From an uncultured Bacilli bacterium (GTDB lineage Bacteria > Bacillota_I > Bacilli_A > RF39 > UBA660), in NCBI GenBank assembly GCA_934183165.1, contig CAKPRZ010000001.1:54820-118819 (forward strand): a stretch of 64,000 nt of DNA. Direction: 5' to 3'. The notes beneath the pieces were generated by a model, which did not search any database, was not told where the DNA came from, and saw only the letters and a program-made list of their open reading frames with translations. The translations under genes were made by a program, and so were the position numbers. Below, piece after piece: positions 39,099-47,868 of this stretch (positions are counted from its first letter, which is position 1; each line of letters starts with the position of its first letter).

Positions 39099-39543
39099 AA
39101 CAACTCACCTTTCATATTAATTTTAACACAATATTATCTATTCAAAATATAATTATTTATTTAAACATTTTATTGATTAATGCAAGTTCAAATAAAAATG
39201 GCATTACAAATCGTATCGCAGAAGAATTATTAAAATGTAAAAGTTATATTTCTTTGTTAAAAGATATAGCCCATATGAAGAAACAGAAAAATCTGTTTAT
39301 CACTTTATTCCTAAATCATCACAATATATACAAACTGATTTAAAAAAGGTTGTAACTGATAATTCAATAGGGAAAAAATACTTTCAGAAATAAATATAGA
39401 AGAATAGAAATAATGAATAAAGATGATTAAACAAACTGCAGGAAAAGATCAATTAGGAGAATTTGCTCCTAACTTTGCTCACTATAATGATATAAAAAAA
39501 TTCACAGACAATATCAAATAGTAACACAACCTTCATTTTTTTA

Positions 39544-40170
39544 TTAATTTATACATCTATCTTTTAAATCAGAGAATATATATTTAACACTTGTATCTAT
39601 AAATTTTTTTATTACTTTCATATCAAATACATATGCTTTACTCTCTTTTGTATTTTCTATTATTATACCTGTTTTATCTATTATAAGATTTATTTTATTC
39701 ATAGGTATTTCCGTTATAATCTCATCAAAAGAAGGTATTTCTTCATAAAATATACTTAAATCCAAATCATACTCATCTATAAGTTTTATATTTAAATTAG
39801 TATAGTCATTATAAAAATAATATAACTTTTTATCGTCATCAACAAACTCTTTAGTACCGTCAAGTTTATATAATGAACCATTTTCACAAAAATCAGGTAC
39901 AAAGTATTTAAACCATAAGTAATCAGTATATAAATGAATATAATAACCTAAAACGAAATCATCATCTAATCTATTTCCATACTTTTTAATAAATTTATTT
40001 AAATTAGGAATATCATTAGTGCTATCCTGAAAGTGAGATTTTACTTTATTATCTCCAAGTAATTTTGAAATATCTGGTGCAATGCTACCTATTAAAATAC
40101 TTTTTTTATCTTTTTTTAAAACTTTATTTAATTCATTTGCTACTGCAATATGTATTACAGAACTTGCCAT
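39544..40170 (-). CDS. Putative metal-dependent hydrolase with a phospholipase C/P1-nuclease-like fold (tentative).
   Basis: N-terminal SVIHIAVA ... SIAPD and a HLYTDYLWF motif, reminiscent of zinc-dependent PLC-like proteins. Confidence 0.35.
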   Translation of the reverse strand: MASSVIHIAVANELNKVLKKDKKSILIGSIAPDISKLLGDNKVKSHFQDSTNDIPNLNKFIKKYGNRLDDDFVLGYYIHLYTDYLWFKYFVPDFCENGSLYKLDGTKEFVDDDKKLYYFYNDYTNLNIKLIDEYDLDLSIFYEEIPSFDEIITEIPMNKINLIIDKTGIIIENTKESKAYVFDMKVIKKFIDTSVKYIFSDLKDRCIN

Positions 40171-40253
40171 ATATAAATTTCTCCCTATTATATTTTATTA
40201 TCTTTATAATTTTTATAAAAATGCATTATCCATTATAAGATAATGCATTTTAA

Positions 40254-41336
40254 TTATTTATTCTCAGTACAATTAATTGTTTCTGTTTTTACACATTTAC
40301 CATCTTTTTCTTTATATCCACTTGGACATGATTTTGATTTTTTTGTAGTAGATGTTGGAACACACCACATAAAAGCTCCACCCATACCATCTTCTTCAGT
40401 ATACATGTAATCAGATTTGTTTTGGCATTTCCAATTTCCATAATCGTTAGTAGCATGATATTTTTTACTATAATTCAAACATTTGCCATTTTTTAAGGTT
40501 AATCCACTTGAACATGTATTACGTGTAGTTAAATCAGTTGTAATATTTTTGGTACAAGTTTTATTATCACTACTTGGAGTACAATCTTTTGGACATACAT
40601 ACAAATCCTTCCAAATTGCAATAATTGTTACATTGCTATCTATTTTTGTATCTTTTGTTATAGTTGTACCATCACTTAATTTCCATCCACCAAAGATATA
40701 TCCTTTTTTCGTTGGATTTTGAGGCAACTTTATTTTATCACCCTTAGCAATAATAATATTATCAATAATATTTCCACCATCACTGTTAACAGTTATCGTA
40801 ATTTTTTCATCTTTCTGTGATATCCATCTTGGCTTTATAATCATTCCACTGTTGACTACATTATTACCATCAATTACCTCACCACCATCCAAAATCCAAC
40901 CAGCGAACACATATCCGCTCTTTGTAGGCGGAGAAATAAATTGTATTTTTTCTCCATCTATTTCATTTACATCAAGCTTTTTACCATTATCTAAAACAAA
41001 TGTTACATTAACTATAGTTTTTGTCTTATCTAACCATATTGCTTTTAGTTTAATATCGTTAGTTATAATCAAATCATCAGTCGCAATACTACCATCAGTT
41101 AGTTCAAAGCCTCCAAAAACATAACCATCTTTAACTGGATCTTTAGGTAATTTTAACTTACTATTCTCCGCCACCTCAAGATCACTTATACTACTACCGC
41201 CAACAGTATCAAAGCTAACTATATATTTTTTAGAATTATTCTTAAAATTTAAACCTAGCAACAATCCTATTATTAATAGTAAAAATAGAATTAATATCAA
41301 AAGCCATTTTTTCTTTTTTTTCTTACTTTCTTCCAT
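40254..41336 (-). CDS. Membrane-anchored surface protein with three Listeria-Bacteroides-type (Flg_new) repeats and a Cys-rich C-terminal domain.
   Basis: Repeats GYVFGGFELTDGS...IW, GYVFAGWILDGGE...RW, GYIFGGWKLSDGT...IW. N-terminal TM. C-terminal region with ~14 Cys. Confidence 0.7.
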   Translation of the reverse strand: MEESKKKKKKWLLILILFLLLIIGLLLGLNFKNNSKKYIVSFDTVGGSSISDLEVAENSKLKLPKDPVKDGYVFGGFELTDGSIATDDLIITNDIKLKAIWLDKTKTIVNVTFVLDNGKKLDVNEIDGEKIQFISPPTKSGYVFAGWILDGGEVIDGNNVVNSGMIIKPRWISQKDEKITITVNSDGGNIIDNIIIAKGDKIKLPQNPTKKGYIFGGWKLSDGTTITKDTKIDSNVTIIAIWKDLYVCPKDCTPSSDNKTCTKNITTDLTTRNTCSSGLTLKNGKCLNYSKKYHATNDYGNWKCQNKSDYMYTEEDGMGGAFMWCVPTSTTKKSKSCPSGYKEKDGKCVKTETINCTENK

Positions 41337-41347
41337 CGATATACCTC

Positions 41348-41713
41348 CTACCTATTATTATTATTATTGTTATTATTGTTGTTGTTATTTGATGATCCAC
41401 CACTAAATGAACTGCCACTATAACTACCACCAGATGATTCATAATGTGGAAGGATTCTAAATTCTTTGTTACTCATAATAACTCCATCTACACTACTATC
41501 AGTACACCTTGAATTTATAATAACAGCATTTGATGTATCCCTATTTACAACAAGAGAAAGATTTGAAGCTCCTATTACTTGTCCTGTTGGATTATCAACT
41601 AGAAACTTATATATTTGTTCTAAATCAGCCATAGATAATTCATAGTATTTAGTCAAATCAATACATCTTTTTTTTCTTATTAACTCTTCATATGTTTCGG
41701 GATCTTTATTCAT
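41348..41713 (-). CDS. Small protein (121 aa) with a conserved N-domain, a Gly/Ser/aromatic-rich tail and a poly-Asn C-terminus. Paralog of 47470..47868.
   Basis: TYEELIRKKRCIDLTKYYE... N-domain. Tail SSGGSYSGSSFSGGSSNNNNNNNNNNNNNR. Confidence 0.6.
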   Translation of the reverse strand: MNKDPETYEELIRKKRCIDLTKYYELSMADLEQIYKFLVDNPTGQVIGASNLSLVVNRDTSNAVIINSRCTDSSVDGVIMSNKEFRILPHYESSGGSYSGSSFSGGSSNNNNNNNNNNNNR

Positions 41714-41855
41714 AAATTCAACTCCTTATTAATCTACTACTATAAGTATCATATCACATTTTTAGTTAATAATATATACTTGTTATTCTATTCAATTAAT
41801 TATAAACTCTTGTTTTCGCTTATATATTTAATAAAAAAAGACTTTTAAAGTCTTA

Positions 41856-42623
41856 TTAATATTTAAAAGATTTACTAGAATCGTGTAAAAGCACAAGTTC
41901 TTTAGGTCTTTCATCAATAAAAAATGTTTCTTGATTTTTAAATTTATCTCCTTTAATAACAACCGGTTTGATATTAGAATTATTACTTTCTATTAAATTT
42001 CTTGCTTCTTCAGAAAATAAAGATACATCATATTTTGTATTCAACATCTGTTCAATAAACTCTTTTGATAAATATTGAGCATTGGTTGCAAAAGTAATTT
42101 GATCATCATTTGCTTGATAAGTACCATTATAAAATCTTTTATCAATAGTTCTTTTACTAAATGAAATATCACTTGGTGTTAGTGAATCAAGTCCATTTCT
42201 AATAGCGTTTTCCTTATCATTAAATACTCTAATATAGGAATAATTTAATATTTCATCTAATAGCATATTAAATTCTTCTGTATTATTTTTATCTACGTGA
42301 ACAGGGAAACTTTTTTTGCTATTACCTCTTATTACTGATATAACATAATTATTATCGGATTCTTTTTCAATAACAGCTGAATAACTATAGCGATTACTAA
42401 CTAAATGTTTTAACATTCCCATAATTGTAGATCTAGGTGTTGACTCATAAATATTTAATTGGATTTTACTACTACTTCCTACCATAAATGAAGGTTGAAC
42501 TTCATAATTATCACGATTATATGATAATAGTCTTTTTAACTTTTCTAAATCAACTGCTGATTTCAACAATTCATTTCTTAATCCAAAAACAATTTCTTTC
42601 GCAGTATATTTACTATTTTTCAT
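41856..42623 (-). CDS. Hypothetical cytoplasmic protein (start moved to MKNSKYT, preceded by AGGAGGG).
   Basis: Intact ORF, strong SD, no known motif. Confidence 0.5.
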   Translation of the reverse strand: MKNSKYTAKEIVFGLRNELLKSAVDLEKLKRLLSYNRDNYEVQPSFMVGSSSKIQLNIYESTPRSTIMGMLKHLVSNRYSYSAVIEKESDNNYVISVIRGNSKKSFPVHVDKNNTEEFNMLLDEILNYSYIRVFNDKENAIRNGLDSLTPSDISFSKRTIDKRFYNGTYQANDDQITFATNAQYLSKEFIEQMLNTKYDVSLFSEEARNLIESNNSNIKPVVIKGDKFKNQETFFIDERPKELVLLHDSSKSFKY

Positions 42624-42766
42624 ATACCATACCCTCCTAAACATTATTATATATACAAAACAAAATAAAAGCAATTATCTTTTAAGTTGCATAGTTAATA
42701 AATTATATGATATATTCAAATTGAAGTAGAACTTCAAAAGAATTTATAATTTATAAGGGAGATTTT

Positions 42767-43282
42767 ATGAAAAAGAAAATTTTGCTGTTGATTTTTATAG
42801 TAGGAACTAGTATTATTTTTACATTAACAGGCTGTGGTAAAAAACTTAAAACTATTACTTATACAGATAAGGAAAAAACAAAGGCATCAATAAATATTAA
42901 AGTACCAGAAAAATCCGATTTTACTTTGTCAGAAAACAAAAAAGATTTAAAAACATCAAGAGAAAACGCAATAATAAAAGGAGAAAAATTCGACATTGCC
43001 ATTCAATTTGATAAATTTTATACAAAAAGTAACATGGATACTTTAAAGAAAATATATAAAAATTATAATGATTTTAGAGAAGTAACCTATAATAAAACAA
43101 AAGGTTTTGTATATTATTATCCACTTTATATAAGATATGTAGTTGTATTACCTATTAATGAAAAAAGTTATGTATCGCTTCACATTTATTCAAAAGAATC
43201 AAGTACTAAAGAAGCTGGTATGAAAGAGTTATTTGATTCACAAGAAGTTCAAGATATTTTAAAAACAGTATCTTTTAACTAA
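42767..43282 (+). CDS. Lipoprotein (171 aa).
   Basis: Signal peptide with lipobox LTGC|GKK. Terminator immediately downstream. Confidence 0.65.
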   Translation: MKKKILLLIFIVGTSIIFTLTGCGKKLKTITYTDKEKTKASINIKVPEKSDFTLSENKKDLKTSRENAIIKGEKFDIAIQFDKFYTKSNMDTLKKIYKNYNDFREVTYNKTKGFVYYYPLYIRYVVVLPINEKSYVSLHIYSKESSTKEAGMKELFDSQEVQDILKTVSFN

Positions 43283-43289
43283 AGAAAGA

Positions 43290-43316
43290 GCCAAGAAATT
43301 AATTCTTGGCTTTTTT
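43290..43316. terminator. Bidirectional rho-independent terminator (gccaagaa-attaa-ttcttggc plus T6).
   Basis: Read from sequence. Lies between convergent genes. Confidence 0.5.
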
Positions 43317-43317
43317 A

Positions 43318-44028
43318 TTACATTATTTTATTTATTAAAGATGAAACATTAGCTGTATAGTTTTTAGCTACCTTTTTTATTTGAGGAAGAGCGTTATCCA
43401 TTGCATAGCCATTAAATTCTTTAATCATCTCATAATCACTGCTTCCATCCCCAACTACATAAATATCATTTTTATCCAAATTTAAATGTTTTAACAGTTT
43501 TTTTATTGCTACTGCTTTATTTGCTTTACTAGAAATAATTTCAATAGTTGTTTTACCAATACGATATAAATTTAAAAAATCACTATAATTACGTTTTACT
43601 TTACTAATTGCAGCAACAGTATATGATTCCAAACCATATTCAACATGAATCTTAGTTAATTCGGTTTGTTTAAAATTTAACCTACTCTTTAACTTACTAC
43701 AACAAAAACATTTAGTTGCTTTTTTAAGTTCCAAGGCCTCTTCTAAATTATTTAATATATCATTATTTATAAAAATATTATCAATAATATTATCATCGTT
43801 ATCTAATATTGTAGTTCCGTGATTTAAAATTGCATAATCATAAGATAGATTATATTTATCAACAATACGTTTAAAATCCAAATAGCTTCTACCAGTAGCA
43901 AATATAAAAATATTTCCCTGTTTTCTAAAGTCATCAACAGCTATTTTGTTAAGTTGAATATCTATATCATTTAGATAAAAAGTTTGATCATAATCACTTA
44001 TCAATATTTTTTTGTTCATTACTATCAC
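43318..44028 (-). CDS. Cof-type HAD-IIB phosphatase.
   Basis: MNKKILISDYDQTFY (DxD motif) ... GDGSSDYEMI (motif IV). Confidence 0.75.
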   Translation of the reverse strand: MIVMNKKILISDYDQTFYLNDIDIQLNKIAVDDFRKQGNIFIFATGRSYLDFKRIVDKYNLSYDYAILNHGTTILDNDDNIIDNIFINNDILNNLEEALELKKATKCFCCSKLKSRLNFKQTELTKIHVEYGLESYTVAAISKVKRNYSDFLNLYRIGKTTIEIISSKANKAVAIKKLLKHLNLDKNDIYVVGDGSSDYEMIKEFNGYAMDNALPQIKKVAKNYTANVSSLINKIM

Positions 44029-44090
44029 CCTTACTGCTTATACCACATCAAGTATATCAAAATCATACCAAATATACAAATATTTATGTT

Positions 44091-45212
44091 TTACTTATCT
44101 AGAGTCCAAGTTAGACCCTTATCACGACTAGTAAATGTCAATAACTTGTTTTCATAACCATCTCCTGAACTTTTAGCTTCATAAACAGAATACTGTACTT
44201 TCAAAACATCTTGATAGTAATATGGTATTTTTTCTAAAGTAATAAATTCAACATTTTTATTATCATAATTTATCTTTGATTCATCAAAAGTTAATCCTCC
44301 ATCATTAGTAACAAAAAAATAATTCGAAGTATTCTTATCTAAATATATTTTAGAAGGAACTGTAAAAGCTTGATTTTCATTTAAAAAGACAAATTTATTA
44401 TCACTTTTTACTTCTAATACATCTTTTGATACAGTATAAAAGTTTTTACCATTATCATCACTTTTCACAACATTGACAAGTATTTTCGATGCTAAAGTAC
44501 TATCTACTTTTCCAAATCTTAATATTTTATTATTAAATTTTTTTTCACATAAAACTTCTAGTTGTTCTGGCAGTACAAAATTTTCATTTTGATTGAATCT
44601 CGTAGCATTACTACTATCTTCTATAACATTTTTATCTATTACCTTTTTATTGATATCTTTAATGTACTGGATTTTTTGTTTTCTTTCTACCTTACCACTG
44701 TCGTCATAATAAGTATATTCTACTTCCTCCACATTTTCTTCATTAACAAATGGATCATATCCACCTTTACCAAAGTATCCAAAAACTTTCACCTTATTAC
44801 CCATTAATATTGGTCCATAATAATCATAATAATATACATTTACATGAAGAAATGATTCTACTCTTGCCACATACTTTTTATTATTTAATACTACAATATG
44901 TTCTGGTTGATATAAAAATGCAGATAGTAAAAATACAAAGTAAATAATTGGTAATAATATCAATATAATTAATAAAAATAAAATCATGAACACTATTCTA
45001 GCTTTCTTACTATCTTCGGTAAACTTTAATATCAATTGAATAACTCCAGAAATAAAACTAACTGCGCTAATTATAATGATACCAATGATAATCACATTTC
45101 TAAATCTAATATTAAATAAATATAAAATAAAATTAATTATAATACTAAGCACTATAAAAAAAGTACTATAAGTAAGAATATATCTTTTACTATTTGTTAA
45201 TAATTTTTTCAT
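44091..45212 (-). CDS. Membrane protein (3 TM) with an extracytoplasmic domain carrying BNR/Asp-box-like motifs.
   Basis: N-terminal hydrophobic helices. VTNDGGLTF and SRDKGLTWT resemble SxDxGxTW Asp-boxes. Confidence 0.5.
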   Translation of the reverse strand: MKKLLTNSKRYILTYSTFFIVLSIIINFILYLFNIRFRNVIIIGIIIISAVSFISGVIQLILKFTEDSKKARIVFMILFLLIILILLPIIYFVFLLSAFLYQPEHIVVLNNKKYVARVESFLHVNVYYYDYYGPILMGNKVKVFGYFGKGGYDPFVNEENVEEVEYTYYDDSGKVERKQKIQYIKDINKKVIDKNVIEDSSNATRFNQNENFVLPEQLEVLCEKKFNNKILRFGKVDSTLASKILVNVVKSDDNGKNFYTVSKDVLEVKSDNKFVFLNENQAFTVPSKIYLDKNTSNYFFVTNDGGLTFDESKINYDNKNVEFITLEKIPYYYQDVLKVQYSVYEAKSSGDGYENKLLTFTSRDKGLTWTLDK

Positions 45213-45220
45213 AAATTCAC

Positions 45221-46225
45221 CTACTTTAAGATAATACCTTTTTCGTATTTAGATAAATAGTTTTCTTTTAAAATTAACTTATTGTTTTTTATTACAAATA
45301 CTGAAACATTAGGTATATTAATATCTTTATCTTTATTGGATATTTCAGTTCTATAATAAATTAACTCATCATTTTCTATCTTAAATGTTCCTTTTGATAC
45401 TTCAAGTACTTTTGAATTATAATAAATATTCATACTAGCTTCAAATAGATAATCTTTTTGATTCTTCTTTATTTCTGGTAAGAAATGAACTACTAATTGC
45501 TTGTTTTCTGAATATAAAGTACGAAAAGTATTTAGTGTTCCTAATTTTTCTTTATATTCTTTTAAAAGCATTGTATTACAATAGTTACCCATTCTTATAT
45601 TATAAGAAATAGTATTGTATAGGAATCTATTTTTTACCTTATAATCAATTATTGTTACATCTGCATCTTTATCAAAAAAATATGTAGTATTATTACATGA
45701 TATATGCTCTAAAGAATTAAGATAATTTCTTACTTCACTAATTAGTACACTATTTCCTCTAAAATTCTTATATGAATAGCTATTTTCATTATTTTTCATA
45801 TTAAATGAAAACTTTGGCACCCCTAAACTAATCACTTTATTAGTGTTGTTATTAGTATAATGTATTGGTTTAATTATATATCCAAAAGGTAATAGTTTAA
45901 AAAGAATTATTATTATAATCAATGTAATAGGAAGTAAAATACAAATGTTTTTCTTTAACAATTGTTTTCTTATTTTTTTTCTTTCTTGTTTTAGTACTTC
46001 ACTAACATCTATTTTATTTTTGTTTTCTATCTGTAAAATTTCATATATATCTGTATCGAGTTCATTAGCTAACTTTTTTAACATAGTAACATCTGGAAGA
46101 CTTAATCCTCTTTCCCACTTACTGATAGCTTTATCTGTTATGAACAATCTATTGCCAAGTTCTTGTTGTGTTAGTTTTTTTTCTTTTCTTTTCGACGCTA
46201 TAAATTTTCCAATATTATTATTCAT
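45221..46225 (-). CDS. Membrane-anchored XRE-family HTH regulator (HTH, TM, extracytoplasmic domain).
   Basis: N-terminal KKLTQQELGNRLFITDKAISKWERGLSLPD (XRE HTH). TM LLPITLIIIIILFKLL. ~220-aa C-terminal domain. Confidence 0.7.
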   Translation of the reverse strand: MNNNIGKFIASKRKEKKLTQQELGNRLFITDKAISKWERGLSLPDVTMLKKLANELDTDIYEILQIENKNKIDVSEVLKQERKKIRKQLLKKNICILLPITLIIIIILFKLLPFGYIIKPIHYTNNNTNKVISLGVPKFSFNMKNNENSYSYKNFRGNSVLISEVRNYLNSLEHISCNNTTYFFDKDADVTIIDYKVKNRFLYNTISYNIRMGNYCNTMLLKEYKEKLGTLNTFRTLYSENKQLVVHFLPEIKKNQKDYLFEASMNIYYNSKVLEVSKGTFKIENDELIYYRTEISNKDKDINIPNVSVFVIKNNKLILKENYLSKYEKGIILK

Positions 46226-46382
46226 AATTTATCTCACCTCACACCAATCATATCACAAATTAGTTAAAATAATTCTCTACTATTAGTTTAGTTTGAATTT
46301 ATTACATTTTTTAGGCGTTACATCACAATTTTATATTTTATTAAACTATTGTGCATCAATAATTATTTTAAAAACATGATAT

Positions 46383-46409
46383 ATAAAAAAGTATGTTTTA
46401 ATCATACTC
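46383..46409 (-). terminator. Rho-independent terminator ending the rSAM operon (agtatg-ttttaat-catact plus T-run on minus).
   Basis: Read from sequence. Lies 20 nt downstream of the stop at 46429. Confidence 0.5.
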
Positions 46410-46428
46410 TTACATTAAAATTATATAT

Positions 46429-47454
46429 TTAAGAATCACTATTATTAATCATGATCCATTCTTGTAAGTATTTAATTGGTTTTCTACAATAACTACAAGA
46501 ATCCTTTGTGACATCTATTAAACCTCCACAATTATGACATTTGATCATATTTATACCATCATGAACCTCAATTGTTCCTTTTTCATGTCTTTCTAAAACA
46601 TATTTATCGTCACAATACTTAGATACAATTTTATTGTTTTTATAATAAACGATTCTTACTTCAGCTGTAACTTCAACAACTAATTTATTATTAACAGTTG
46701 ATTCCTTGAAGTCAATGTAATCAAGTACATCATAATCAATAATATCGTCCTGTTTATAATACTTTTTTCTTACTTCATAATTTAAATTATTAAAGAATAC
46801 TTTTTTATCTATTTCAGTCCTATTCCAAAATTCTATTTGTTTTTGATTTTGAGCATCTTTATATGCTTTTATAGGTCCTAAAATAATATAGGCATCCAAG
46901 ATGTAAAAGAAATAATATAGAATCAAAGATAAAATTCCACCATAAATAAATATTTTAGCTATATCATATTCATTAAATGTTCTAGATGTAGTACTTATAA
47001 AAATATATGTTAAAAATAAACTAACAATTAAATCAATAAATGCTGTAATAATTCTATAACTAGTATTTCTTAAAACCCTATCGTAATGATATTTACTACC
47101 TAAATCTTTATCAGTATAATCTATATTATATTTTGATCTACAATATGGACATCCATCTATAAAATTTTTTACTTTCCCGGGCATGCCACAATTTGGACAA
47201 GAAAAATCTTTATTTTCTTCTTCTTTAGATATAAAAGTATATTCTATTCTAGTATCAAATAATTTTTCTGTTTTTAAAAGTTTATTACCTATATAATAAT
47301 CCTTTTCACATCTTACACCATTTTTTATATCATCATTTACTATTCCATTAGTATTTCTTTCTAATATATTATTACCAACAATATACTTCGTTTTAATATT
47401 TATATTATATTTTTTTAATTTTTTATCATGAAAAGTATCCGAAACTAACGACAC
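46429..47454 (-). CDS. Membrane protein with two zinc-ribbon motifs and two TM helices (341 aa).
   Basis: CPNCG...CPYC (N-terminal region) and CHNCGG...CSYC (C-terminus). Two hydrophobic helices at ~aa 140-200. Confidence 0.6.
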   Translation of the reverse strand: MSLVSDTFHDKKLKKYNINIKTKYIVGNNILERNTNGIVNDDIKNGVRCEKDYYIGNKLLKTEKLFDTRIEYTFISKEEENKDFSCPNCGMPGKVKNFIDGCPYCRSKYNIDYTDKDLGSKYHYDRVLRNTSYRIITAFIDLIVSLFLTYIFISTTSRTFNEYDIAKIFIYGGILSLILYYFFYILDAYIILGPIKAYKDAQNQKQIEFWNRTEIDKKVFFNNLNYEVRKKYYKQDDIIDYDVLDYIDFKESTVNNKLVVEVTAEVRIVYYKNNKIVSKYCDDKYVLERHEKGTIEVHDGINMIKCHNCGGLIDVTKDSCSYCRKPIKYLQEWIMINNSDS

Positions 47455-47469
47455 AAAACCACTTCCTTT

Positions 47470-47868
47470 TTATCTATTATTATTGTTATTAGATGATCCG
47501 CCACTAAAAGAACTACCGCCAAAAAAACTACCACCAAACGATCCACCATAAAATGATGATCCACCTGAATAGGATGATCCTGAATAAGCCTTTGGTACAT
47601 AATGAGGAATAATTCTAAATTCAGTATTACTCACAATAACACCATCAATTTTTGAATCTTTTTTTCTAGCCATAATAACCGACTTAACATCATTATCAAT
47701 GATAAGTGATAGTTTAAGAAAATAACCTACAATTACTCCATTAACATTATTAGCTAGAAAATTATAAACTTCTTTCAAATCGTTATCATTAATTTCATAA
47801 TATTTAGTTAAATCAAAGCATCTTTTATTTCTAATAATTTCTGCATATGTTTGAGCATCATCTTTCAT
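47470..47868 (-). CDS. Small protein (132 aa) with a conserved N-domain, a Gly/Ser/Tyr/Phe repeat tail and poly-Asn. Immediately downstream of, and overlapping, the rSAM gene.
   Basis: TYAEIIRNKRCFDLTKYYE... N-domain. Tail AYSGSSYSGGSSFYGGSFGGSFFGGSSFSGGSSNNNNNR. The start overlaps the rSAM stop by 11 nt. Confidence 0.6.
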   Translation of the reverse strand: MKDDAQTYAEIIRNKRCFDLTKYYEINDNDLKEVYNFLANNVNGVIVGYFLKLSLIIDNDVKSVIMARKKDSKIDGVIVSNTEFRIIPHYVPKAYSGSSYSGGSSFYGGSFGGSFFGGSSFSGGSSNNNNNR

